From an uncultured Acidimicrobiales bacterium (GTDB taxonomy: Bacteria; Actinomycetota; Acidimicrobiia; Acidimicrobiales; Ilumatobacteraceae): a stretch of DNA of 24,000 bases. Numbering within the stretch: position 1 is the stretch's first letter; each line of letters opens with the position of its first letter. Below, piece by piece: positions 1 to 8,353 of this stretch. Made by a program: the position numbers and the translations under genes. The DNA lies in assembly GCA_963769115.1 (NCBI GenBank), contig CAVYKN010000016.1, positions 57,740-81,739 on the forward strand, read 5' to 3'. Below the pieces are notes generated by a model, which was given only the letters and a program-made list of their open reading frames with translations, did no database searches and was not told where the DNA came from.

Positions 1-84
1 ATCGGCCCCCCTTCTTGTGCCCCTGTGCTCGGATTTCCCGTCCCCGGGCGCGGCCCGGGTGGCTGCCACCCTCTCCCGCGGCGC

Positions 85-121
85 GTTCCAGACGCAACAT
101 CAGCGTACGACTATCTGGAAC
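85..121. promoter_or_regulatory. candidate operator or hairpin: perfect 8-bp inverted repeat GTTCCAGA-N21-TCTGGAAC upstream of the extradiol dioxygenase gene
   Basis: Read directly: GTTCCAGA at 85-92 and its reverse complement TCTGGAAC at 114-121. It lies in the least GC-rich part of the 5' leader, about 40 nt before the start codon. There is no other support, and chance occurrence is not negligible. Confidence 0.25.
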
Positions 122-163
122 ACGACCCTTCTCCCTCCCCGGGGGGCGGTGCATGATCAGGGC

Positions 164-1072
164 ATGGGAATCTTCCGTCTGGGATACGTCGAGGTCCGGG
201 TGCCCGATCTCGAGTTGTGCGCGGCGTACTACACCGAGGTCCTCGGGCTCCGTGAGGTGGAGCGGGTCGACAACCGCGTCTACCTGAAGGGCTGGGACGA
301 GCACGACCACCACTCGGTCATCCTCACCGAGGCACCCCGGTACGGCCTGGAGCACCTGGGGTTCAAGTGCGAGTCCGTCGACGACCTGGAGGGCTTCGAG
401 ACCGCCCTCGAGCGCTACGGCTGCACGGTCGAGCGGTTGCAGCCGGGCGACGAACGGGCGGTCGGCGACGCCATCCGCTTCGACTCACCCAGCGGGCACA
501 TCTTCTCGATCTACGCCCGGATGGACAAGGTCGGCAACGGCCTGCCCCGCTTCAACCCGCCACCCATGCCCCTCGACCTCGTCGGTATCGCCCCGCCGCG
601 CCTCGACCACTGTCTCCTCACCACGGAGAACGTGCCCGACGCCGGCCGCTTCATGCAGGAGGCGCTGGGCTTCCGGGTCACCGAGCAGCTCATCAGCAAC
701 GAGGGCCACCAGCTCATCGTCTTCCTGGAGCGGTCCCGCAAGCCGCACGACATCGCCTTCACCCGCGGGGCCAGCGGCGGTCTGCACCACTTCGCGTTCT
801 GGCTGGACAGCTGGTCGGAGGTCGGGCGGGCGGCGGACATCCTCCGTCTCAACGGCGTCGACATCGACGTCGGCCCGACCCGCCACGGCATCACCCGCGG
901 CCACACCATCTACTTCTTCGACCCGGTCGGCAACCGCAACGAGGTGTTCTCGGGCGGCTACCACGTCGACCCGGACTGGGAGGTCATCACCTGGACGGAG
1001 GACCAGCTCGGCAAGGCGCTCTTCTACTACGAGAACCGCGTCGTCGAGTCCTTCGTCACGATCCACAGCTAG
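164..1072 (+). CDS. catechol 2,3-dioxygenase-like type I extradiol ring-cleavage dioxygenase (two-domain VOC fold)
   Basis: Part of ORF 17..1072. The N-terminus MGIFRLGYVEVRVPDLE is the usual start of these enzymes (ATG 164; in-frame GTG 149 is an alternative). Family-typical strings are HLGFKC, GLHHFAFW and TRHGITRGHTIYFFDPVGNRNEVF. Stop TAG 1070-1072. Confidence 0.9.
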   Translation: MGIFRLGYVEVRVPDLELCAAYYTEVLGLREVERVDNRVYLKGWDEHDHHSVILTEAPRYGLEHLGFKCESVDDLEGFETALERYGCTVERLQPGDERAVGDAIRFDSPSGHIFSIYARMDKVGNGLPRFNPPPMPLDLVGIAPPRLDHCLLTTENVPDAGRFMQEALGFRVTEQLISNEGHQLIVFLERSRKPHDIAFTRGASGGLHHFAFWLDSWSEVGRAADILRLNGVDIDVGPTRHGITRGHTIYFFDPVGNRNEVFSGGYHVDPDWEVITWTEDQLGKALFYYENRVVESFVTIHS

Positions 1073-1086
1073 GAGCCGGTGAACCG

Positions 1087-2105
1087 ATGCCGCGCATCTC
1101 GACGTCACGTGATGACGCCCCCGCGTACCTGATCCGTTACGAGAACCGACGGGCCGCCGCCCTCGCCGAGCCGGACCCGGATCCGGACGAGCCGGGCTTC
1201 GTGGCGCGGGCCCGCGCCCGGGCGACCGATCGGGCGCTGGCCGAGCTCGACCAGCTCGGCGCGCCGCCCGGCCGAACCGAGGCGTTTGCATTTGCAACCA
1301 CGTCGCCTCGCGAACTGCAGATGCCGGAGTCGTTCCGCAACCGGATGGCAGTCGACCACCGACGTGCGCCTCATCCGCCACGGCCAGACCCAGGGCTACA
1401 TCACCGACGGCGCGCTCACCCCGCTCGGCCGCTGGCAGGCGCACCGCAAGGGCCAGGACCTGGCCAAGGGCATCAAGGAGGGGACGACCGTGCGCCTTCT
1501 CCACGCCCCGACGGCGCGGGCCCAGGAGACGGCCGTCGGTGTGCGGGAGGGCGTGCTGCAGGCGCTCAGCCGCTACGGCATCGGGGAGGTGACGGTCGAG
1601 GAGCCGGTGCCGGCCGAGGCCTTCGACAACTTCCAGGTCTGGTGCGACGGCAAGGAGATGGACGTCACCGCCGGCTTCCAGCTGTACGCCAGCACGCTCG
1701 AGGAGTACGAGCGCTCCGGCTCCGGCGACCGTCCGGGCTGGATGGTGGAGATGGACCGCTTCTACAAGATCGAGGCCGCGGGGGCGGACCCGATCACGCA
1801 GTGGCTCCACCAGCCCATGCACTACTTCGAGCCGCCCATCAACGTCGTGCGCCGCCACTGGGCGGGCATCGTCGAGCAGCGCACGCGACGCTCCCCCGAA
1901 CCTGCGCGTGTTCGTGTGCGGGCACTCGGGCCCGATCCGCGCGCTCGCGTCCGCGGCCGTGGGCCACGACCCCGGCGAGCCCTACAACGTCGAGGACGTC
2001 CGGATCCGGGTCTTCGCCGATCTGGAGCACGCCATCGTCACCTACCGGGGCCGCGGCGTGGAGATCGAGATCCCCACGACCGTCACCCCGTCATGGCATC
2101 GATGA
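1087..2105 (+). pseudogene. histidine phosphatase (phosphoglycerate-mutase-like) family protein with a ~90-aa N-terminal extension; frame broken twice
   Basis: AGGAG at 1071-1075 precedes ATG 1087 in frame 1, which has high third-position GC (MPRISTSRDDAPAYLIRYEN...). Near 1352-1360 the reading switches to frame 2 (TTDVRLIRHGQTQGY, the RHG catalytic motif; ORF 1286..2341). At the C5 run 1892-1896 it switches to frame 3 (PPNLRVFVCGHSGPIRA; ORF 1908..2105). If the extension is not real, the gene could start at GTG 1364. Confidence 0.6.
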
Positions 2106-2722
2106 CGGAGCTGGCCGGAGCGGACATCGCCGCGGACGCGCTGGACCGTCGCGGGCTGGCCGCGTTCGCCCGCCTGGCCTGGGCCAGGCGCACGAGCCTC
2201 CAGATGGACCTCGACCGGCCCGTGGCCGCCCGAGCTGGTGCACGAGCTGTGCGAGATCGCGGCGTCGGCCCCGAACCACAAGCGGACGTGGCCGTGGCGC
2301 TTCTGCCTGTTCACCGGCGAGGGTCGCAGCGCGCTCGGTGAGGCGTACGCCGCCGCCCTGCAGCTCAGGGGCGCGGACGAGGCCAAGATCACCAAGGCCC
2401 GCACGAAGTACCTCCGTGCGCCGGCGATGCTGCTGGTCGGCTCGACGTCGCCCGAGCCCGGGCGGGTGCTGGAGGACGGGTACGCGGTGGCTGCCGCGCT
2501 GCAGAACCTCCTGCTCGCCGCCACGGCCGCCGGGCTGGCCTCGTTCTGGTCGATCGCCGCCGGTGCTGGACGTCGCCGGAGGTGCTGCGGCTGGCCGGCT
2601 TCCCCGAGGGCACGCAGATCGTCGGCGTCGTGTACCTCGGCTGGCCGGCCCGGGACGTCGAGACGCCGGCCCGCCCGCAGGTCGAGGTCGCTCAGGTGAC
2701 CGACTTCCCCGCTCGTCCATGA
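2102..2722 (+). pseudogene. nitroreductase family protein; internal ~335-nt segment out of frame
   Basis: ATG 2102 overlaps the upstream TGA (ATGA). Frame 2 reads MTELAGADIAADALDRRGLAAFARLAWARRTSLQMDLDRPV. Frame 3 takes over from about 2228 (PELVHELCEIAASAPNHKRTWPWRF...GLASFWS; ORF 2238..2699). Frame 2 resumes from about 2566 (WTSPEVLRLAGFPEGTQIVGVVYLGWP). Stop TGA 2720-2722. Confidence 0.7.
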
Positions 2723-3492
2723 GCCCCGGGGCTGCGGGGGCCCTGGCCGGGCGGCAGTGCGCGGTGACCGGCGCGACCGGCATCGCCGCCGCCACGGCCC
2801 GCCTGCTGGCCGCCGACGGCGCCGCCGTGCACGTCGTCTCGAACGTCGAGGACGACGCCCGCACGCTGGCGGACGAGGTCGGCGGCACGTGGGCGGTGGC
2901 GGACCTGACCGACGAAGCACAGGCCGAGGCGGCGTTCGCCTCCCTCGAACGCCTCGACGCCCTGGGCGTGATCGCCGGCGGGAGCGGGCGACCGTTCGGC
3001 GACGGGCTCCTGGCCGACGTCAGCCTCTCCGCCTGGGAGGCCACCATCCGGCTCAACCTGACCACCGCCTTCCTGACGGCCCGCGAGGGGCTGCGGCTGA
3101 TGCGCCGGGTCGGGGAGGGCGGCTCGATGGTGTTCGTGGCCAGCGTGGCGGCGTTCGACGCCGCACCCGACATGACGGGCTCCCACGGGTACTCGGCCGC
3201 CAAGGCCGGGATGATCGGGCTGAGCCACGCCGTCGCCACGACCTACGCGCGCGAGCGCATCCGCTCGAACGTGGTGGCGCCGTCGCTGGTGATGACGCCG
3301 ATGGCCCGCCGGGCCGCCACGAACCCGGACACGGTGGCCTACGCCGAGCGCAAGCAGCCCCTGGCCGGCGGGTTCCTGCAGGCCGGTGACATCGCCGCCG
3401 CCGTGGCCTGGCTGTGCGGCGAGGCCAGCAGCCAGATCACCGGCCAGGTCATCGCTGTCGACGGCGGCTGGACGGTCAGCGACGGGCGGTAG
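2719..3492 (+). CDS. short-chain dehydrogenase/reductase (SDR) family oxidoreductase
   Basis: This is the last 257 aa of the chimeric ORF 367..3492. ATG 2719 overlaps the nitroreductase stop (ATGA). Motifs: AVTGATGIAAATARLLAADGA (Rossmann glycine motif), YSAAKAG (YxxxK), NVVAPS and a C-terminal ITGQVIAVDGGW. Confidence 0.85.
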   Translation: MSPGAAGALAGRQCAVTGATGIAAATARLLAADGAAVHVVSNVEDDARTLADEVGGTWAVADLTDEAQAEAAFASLERLDALGVIAGGSGRPFGDGLLADVSLSAWEATIRLNLTTAFLTAREGLRLMRRVGEGGSMVFVASVAAFDAAPDMTGSHGYSAAKAGMIGLSHAVATTYARERIRSNVVAPSLVMTPMARRAATNPDTVAYAERKQPLAGGFLQAGDIAAAVAWLCGEASSQITGQVIAVDGGWTVSDGR

Positions 3493-3498
3493 TCCTGC

Positions 3499-4792
3499 CT
3501 AGCTGCGGGGCGCGACGCTGAGCGACGGGCGCTCGTTCAGCACCGCGGGATCGAAGCCGGCGATGCGCCTGAACTCGGCGCTGAGCTCCTCGAGCTCTCC
3601 CGGCGCGAAGACGTCGCTGACGTCGTCGAACCCGTCGGGCGCCCGCTCCTCGGCCAGCTCCATGCACCGCTCGGACAGAACCGTGCGGTTCGACCGCACG
3701 ATCGCCGCAGTGGCCGTGCGTCGCACCCCCTCGTAGTCGGCAAACGCCGCTTCAAGGGTTGGTTGCAACGTCAATGACCGCGCCAGCGTCCGGGCGTCGA
3801 GGATGGCCTGCGACGCGCCGTTCGAGCCGACGGGGTACATCGGGTGAGCGGCGTCGCCGAGCAGCGTCAAGCGTCCGAACGACCACTGCGGCAACGGATC
3901 GCGATCGGCCATGGGGTACTGCCACCAGATGGGGACGGCGTCGATGATCTCGGCGACGTCGAGCCAGTCGAAGCGCAGCTGGCCGAACCGTGCCCTCGGC
4001 TCGTCAGGATCGGCGGTGTGGTCCCAGGCGTGGCGGGGCATGGGCCGACCCGCCGCCGTCTGGGCCTCGAGCACGATGTTGGTGAGCACGAGCCCGTCGG
4101 CCCGAGGTTCGCTGATGGGGTAGGTGACGACCCGGTAGCCGAAGTAGCCGAGCACCACCATCGAGCGGCCGGTGAGGAACGGCGGGGCCCAGGCCGTCGA
4201 CCGCCACAGCGTCTGGCCGTTCCACAGGACCGCACCCTCGTCCGGATAGCACTGAGCCCGGATGGCGGAGTGGATGCCGTCCGCGCCGACGACGACATCT
4301 CCACGAACGGGGGCGGTCTGTGAAGTGCAGCTCGATCGCACCGCCCTGATCGCCCTGATCGTCGGCGCGCACGACCCGGTGGCCGGTGTGCAGGCGGTCT
4401 TCGCCCAGACGCTCGAGGAACGCCCGGTGGAGGAGCCCCAGCAGGCGCCCACGGTGGATCGAGTACTGAGGCCACCGGTAGCCCGCGGCCAGACCTCGGG
4501 GCTCCCGCCAGATGTGCTGGCCGTGCTTGTTGCACAGCACGAGCTCGGCGGTCGCGAGCCCGGCCGCTGCCAGCTCGTCCGCCAAGCCCAGCTCTGTCAG
4601 CTCCCGCACCGCGTGGGGCAGGAGGTTGATGCCCACGCCGAGCTCCTCGATGCGGGGCGCCGCCTCGAACACCTCGAGGTCGGTCCAACCGGCGGCGTGG
4701 AGGGACAGCGCCAGCGCGAGCCCACCGATCCCCCCGCCGCAGATCAGCACTCGGCCATCCGGCTCCACGGATCCAGTCTGCCCGCAGCCCAT
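3499..4792 (-). pseudogene. FAD-dependent aromatic-ring monooxygenase (salicylate/3-hydroxybenzoate hydroxylase-like); one frame break
   Basis: The N-terminal part lies in ORF 4004..4828 (RVLICGGGIGGLALALSLHAAGW is the GxGxxG FAD site; ...AIELHFTDRP). The C-terminal part lies in ORF 3499..4452 (VRGDVVVGADGIHSAIRAQ...LLGDAAHPMYPVGSNGASQAILDA). The join falls exactly at the G5 run 4309-4313, and removing one base gives ...TDRPVRGDVVVGADG. The start is either ATG 4792 or TTG 4828; the latter overlaps the amidase stop. Confidence 0.75.
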
Positions 4793-4824
4793 GCGGTGGG
4801 CGTGCGGGATGGGGCCGGATCGGC

Positions 4825-6231
4825 TCAAGCAGTGAGCGAAGGAGGGCGGCGCCAGGCCCAGGGCGCAGCTTCTTCGAGCTGTGCGCCCACCCGTACAAGC
4901 ACGTCCTCACGGCCGAGGTCGGCGACGAACTGCACGCCGCGGGGAAGGCCGTCATCCGGCCATCCCAGCGGGAGCGACAGCGCGGGCTGACCCGTGACGT
5001 TGAACGGCCGGGTGAACGCGCTCCCTCGGCCGGCCTCGTAGCCGCGGAGGTAGTCGCCGATGGGCGTCGGGGGCGCCGCGGTCGTCGGCGTCACCAGCAG
5101 GTCCACGCCTGACTCCGCCCACCAACCCGTGATCTCCCGAGCCAGGAGCTGCAACCGGGCCAGCCAGTGCAGCAGCTCCGGCCCGCTGACGGCGCGACCG
5201 GCAGTGACCGCGGCCCACGTCGTCGGCTCGACATCGGCCTCACCGATCACCGTGCCGGTGCGCGCCTGCCACGCGTCGACCACCTGTGCGGCGGTGACGG
5301 CCAGGACTGCCCTCGCCCCCTCGAACACAGCGGGATCGAACAGCGCGGGCGGTGCAGCCTCGTCCACGTGGTGACCGAGGTCGGCCAGCAATGCTCCTGC
5401 GGCCGCGGCCGAGTCGGCGCATGTCGGATCGACCTCGGCGCCGTTCGGCGCGGTGAGGCACACCGCGATCCGCAGCGGACCGGGTGGTCGACCGACCTCG
5501 GCCGCCAGCGGCCCGGCCAACGGCGGCGGGGCCCAGTACGCGCCCGAGGCCGGCGCGGTGATGGCATCGAGGAGGCCGGCCGTGTCCCGGACCGAGCGGG
5601 TCACCACGCCCTCGACGAAGAGGCCGACGGGCGGGTCGGCATCGGGACCCGTCCTCACCCGACCCCGGGACGGCTTGAGCCCGACGAGCCCGCAGTGCGC
5701 GGCGGGGATGCGGATGGACCCGGCGATGTCGTTGGCGTGCGCGGCGGGCACCATCCCCGCGCTGACGGCGGCGGCCGAGCCTCCCGAACTTCCACCGGGG
5801 GACCGTCCGACGTCCCACGGGTTGCGGGTCGGCCCGGTGGCGATCGGCTCGGTGGTCCCCATGAGGGCCATCTCGGGGACGTTCGTGCGGCCCAGGATCA
5901 CGAGGCCCGCGGCCCGGAAGGCGGCGGTCAGCGAACCGTCGGCCTCGCCCAAGAAGCCGAGGCGGCGCAGGTGCGCCATGCCCTGGTGGTGGGGCTCGCC
6001 CTGCAACTCGGCGCCGTAGTCCTTCAGGAGGAAGGGGACGCCGCGGAACGGACCGTCGGGCAGCCCTTCGTCGATCTCATCGAGGGCCCGCTCGAAGCGG
6101 GGGTGGACGACGGCGTTGATGGTCGGGTTCCGCGCCTCGATGGCGGCGATCGCCGCCTCGGCCAGCTCACGTGGATGGGCTTCGCCGTCGCGCACGAGAG
6201 CGGAAAGCGCGGTGGCGTCGAGATCGAGCAA
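4825..6231 (-). CDS. amidase (amidase-signature family)
   Basis: Intact 468-aa ORF. Motifs: VPFLLKDY (catalytic Lys), GGSSGGSAAAVSAG (Ser-cisSer), NDIAGSIRIPAAHCGLVGLKPSRG. TTG start at 6231 with GGAGGG about 12 nt upstream and an in-frame TAG 9 nt upstream, so no longer form is possible. Confidence 0.9.
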   Translation of the reverse strand: MLDLDATALSALVRDGEAHPRELAEAAIAAIEARNPTINAVVHPRFERALDEIDEGLPDGPFRGVPFLLKDYGAELQGEPHHQGMAHLRRLGFLGEADGSLTAAFRAAGLVILGRTNVPEMALMGTTEPIATGPTRNPWDVGRSPGGSSGGSAAAVSAGMVPAAHANDIAGSIRIPAAHCGLVGLKPSRGRVRTGPDADPPVGLFVEGVVTRSVRDTAGLLDAITAPASGAYWAPPPLAGPLAAEVGRPPGPLRIAVCLTAPNGAEVDPTCADSAAAAGALLADLGHHVDEAAPPALFDPAVFEGARAVLAVTAAQVVDAWQARTGTVIGEADVEPTTWAAVTAGRAVSGPELLHWLARLQLLAREITGWWAESGVDLLVTPTTAAPPTPIGDYLRGYEAGRGSAFTRPFNVTGQPALSLPLGWPDDGLPRGVQFVADLGREDVLVRVGAQLEEAAPWAWRRPPSLTA

Positions 6232-6256
6232 GCGCCTGTTCTACCCTCCGCCCCAC

Positions 6257-6646
6257 ATGACGCGCTTGACCGACCTCGTCGGCTGCCGCCTGCCGTTGCA
6301 GCTGGCCGGCATGTCGAGGGTGGCCGGACCGGACCTGGCTGCCGCGGTGACGAACGCGGGAGGGCTGGGGATGCTCGGCATCGGCCGCGTGCCCGCGCCG
6401 GCCTGGCGATGATGCTCGACCGCCTCGCCGAGGCGACCGATGGTCCGGTGGGACGTGGCCGGTCGGGGCCCGACGCCCATCCCGCGATTCTCCGCCACCC
6501 CGCCCACCCGGGCCACCACCGGTGACATCGCCGCCATGGCGCTGTACGCCGGGATCTCGGTGGGCGCCGTGCACGGCGTACAGCCCGCCGCCGACATCGT
6601 CGCCGAGCTGACCAGCGAGGACGCTTGCTACCGTCCGACCACCTGA
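6257..6646 (+). pseudogene. nitronate monooxygenase (2-nitropropane dioxygenase-like) remnant: N- and C-terminal pieces only
   Basis: ATG 6257 in frame 2 gives MTRLTDLVGCRLPLQLAGMSRVAGPDLAAAVTNAGGLGMLG, then a stop at 6410-6412. Frame 1 continues with LAMMLDRLAEATDGPVG. Frame 2 at 6500-6646 gives GDIAAMALYAGISVGAVHGVQPAADIVAELTSE, which is typical of the C-terminus. The locus spans only about 130 codons, whereas family members are usually 320 aa or more. Confidence 0.6.
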
Positions 6647-6719
6647 CAGCATGGGGGTGCAACGGTGAGCCTGCTCGACGAGACGCAGTTCTACTTCTTC
6701 CTCGGCTGAGGCGACCGTC

Positions 6720-7397
6720 ATGGAGGGACTGCGCATCGTCGTCACGGGCGCCGGGAGGGGGATCGGGCAGGCGCTCGCCGCCGAGCTACGCGCCCGGGGC
6801 GCGGACGTCGTGACGCTCGATCTCAACCCGGACGGCGTCGACCACGAGTGCGACGTCAGCGACGCCGAGCAGGTGGAGCGTGTGTTCGGCGACATCGGTG
6901 AGATCGACGGGCTGGTCAACAACGCCGCGCTGCTGGTAGGCCGGCGCCGCTTCGAGGAGATCCCGCTCGACGAGTGGAACCGGATGCTGGCGGTCAACGT
7001 GACCGGTCCGTTCCTGTGCACGCGGGCGGCGTCGAGCCGGATGCCCCGAGGTGGTTCCATCGTCAACCTCGCCTCGGAGACGGCGTTCACCGGGTCCTTC
7101 GGGTTCGTCCACTACGTGGCGTCCAAGGGCGCGGTGGTGTCGATGTCGCGGGCGCTCGCCCGCGAGCTCGGCCCCCGCAACATCCGGGTCAACGTCGTGG
7201 CTCCCGGCTTCACCCCCGAGACCGAAGGCGCGAGCGTGCTCGGCTCGGCCGCCACCTACGACGTCAGCGGGACGCCCCTCGGCCGGGTGGCCACCGTCTC
7301 GGACCTCCTCGGGACGATCATCTTCCTGCTCTCGCCCGACAGCGCGTTCGTGAGCGGCCAGGCCATCCTCGTGAACGGCGGCCGCATCGCCCACTGA
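6720..7397 (+). CDS. SDR family oxidoreductase (3-oxoacyl-ACP reductase-like)
   Basis: Intact 225-aa ORF. Motifs: VVTGAGRGIGQALA (TGxxxGxG), NNAA, YVASKGAV (YxxxK), NVVAPG. GAGG lies about 9 nt upstream of ATG 6720. Confidence 0.9.
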   Translation: MEGLRIVVTGAGRGIGQALAAELRARGADVVTLDLNPDGVDHECDVSDAEQVERVFGDIGEIDGLVNNAALLVGRRRFEEIPLDEWNRMLAVNVTGPFLCTRAASSRMPRGGSIVNLASETAFTGSFGFVHYVASKGAVVSMSRALARELGPRNIRVNVVAPGFTPETEGASVLGSAATYDVSGTPLGRVATVSDLLGTIIFLLSPDSAFVSGQAILVNGGRIAH

Positions 7398-7403
7398 GCC
7401 GGC

Positions 7404-8071
7404 TCAATGCGGTCACCGACGAGCAGAGGTCCGGCAGCTCGGTGGCCGTGGTCTCCGAAGCTGGCGCACAGCCCGTCCTCGTCGAGGTACTCGCGCATCC
7501 CACTGAACAGCTCGGTCCTGGGCGACGCCGCGCCTCGACGATCACCGCATCGAGCTCACCAGCCGACCTCCTCGATGGCGGCGGGATCCTCGGCTTCGAT
7601 GGCGATGGCAAGGTTCTCGAAGTCGGACATCTGGTCCTCGAGGCTCTGGGCGACCGGCTGGAGCGACTCCTGGAGCCCGGCATCCGGATCCGTCGACGGC
7701 TGTACCGAAGTCGCCGACGATCACGGTGAGGTCCTGCCGACGCGCGTCGAGCTCGGCGACGAAACGCTCGATGGGTGCATCGGTGTCGAACAGGACAGTC
7801 CAGAGGGGCTCGGTCGCCACCGCCCACCGCCGGGCTGTATCCCGAGCTCGTTGATCCGGTCGCGGTCGAAGGAGTTCAGACTCCCCGCGCCGAGGGCGTC
7901 CGCCACCTCCTCCTCGGTCGCCTCGTCAAGCTCCTCCTCGTCGAGGTACGGCGCGATCGGCGAGGTGCCCTCGATCGCCGTCGTCGCCCCGCCACCGCAC
8001 GCCGGGAGAAGGACCGCGAGCACGACGAGCCTCCAAGCGGGCCGAGCTCCTCGGTGCCGATCCTTCGCCAT
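7404..8071 (-). pseudogene. hypothetical lipoprotein; about five frame breaks, 3' end uncertain
   Basis: GAGGAG (complement of 8078-8083) sits 6 nt before ATG 8071. MAKDRHRGARPAWRLVVLAVLLPACGGG is a signal peptide with a lipobox Cys. The body can only be followed through pieces in different frames: ...SLNSFDRDRINELGIQPGG / ATEPLWTVLFDTDAPIERFVAELDARRQDLTVIVGDFGT / DPDAGLQESLQPVAQSLEDQMSDFENLAIAIEAEDPAAIEEVG / ELDAVIVEARRRP / ELFSGMREYLDEDGLCASF. No family was recognised. Confidence 0.45.
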
Positions 8072-8353
8072 CGGAATCTCCTCGACTCTCTGTATCCGCG
8101 CCCATTCTCGTTGGCGGGACTGCCCCGTCAGCCTGGTGACGGCGGACGAGGCCAGCACAGGGGCCGGGACACCGACGAGGCGACTCGCGGTGGTGGCGCG
8201 GCCACGTTCCGACGACGCTATTCGTCCAGGTTCCGCAAACGCCCGGCGCGGGTCACCTCGGTGGCACTCGCTTGGCCCCGCTCCGCCCTCGGCGGCGTAC
8301 CGTCGGGCGGACCCAGGTCTCCGGGGCCCGGGACCCGGTGCGAGGAGGGCAGC

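Noticed and set aside
367-3492. 1041-aa ORF, the longest in the track
   Set aside because: The translation is Arg/Pro/Gly/Ala-rich nonsense for most of its length. It runs through the dioxygenase, phosphatase and nitroreductase genes in the wrong frame. Only the last 257 codons (from ATG 2719) are a real SDR. The ORF is long only because off-frame stops are rare at this GC content.
3493-3498. Intrinsic terminators between convergent gene pairs (3493-3498, 7398-7403, 11209-11224, 19439-19456, 23778-23805)
   Set aside because: The gaps are only 6-28 nt and contain no stem-loop followed by a T tract, so no terminator can be supported from sequence.
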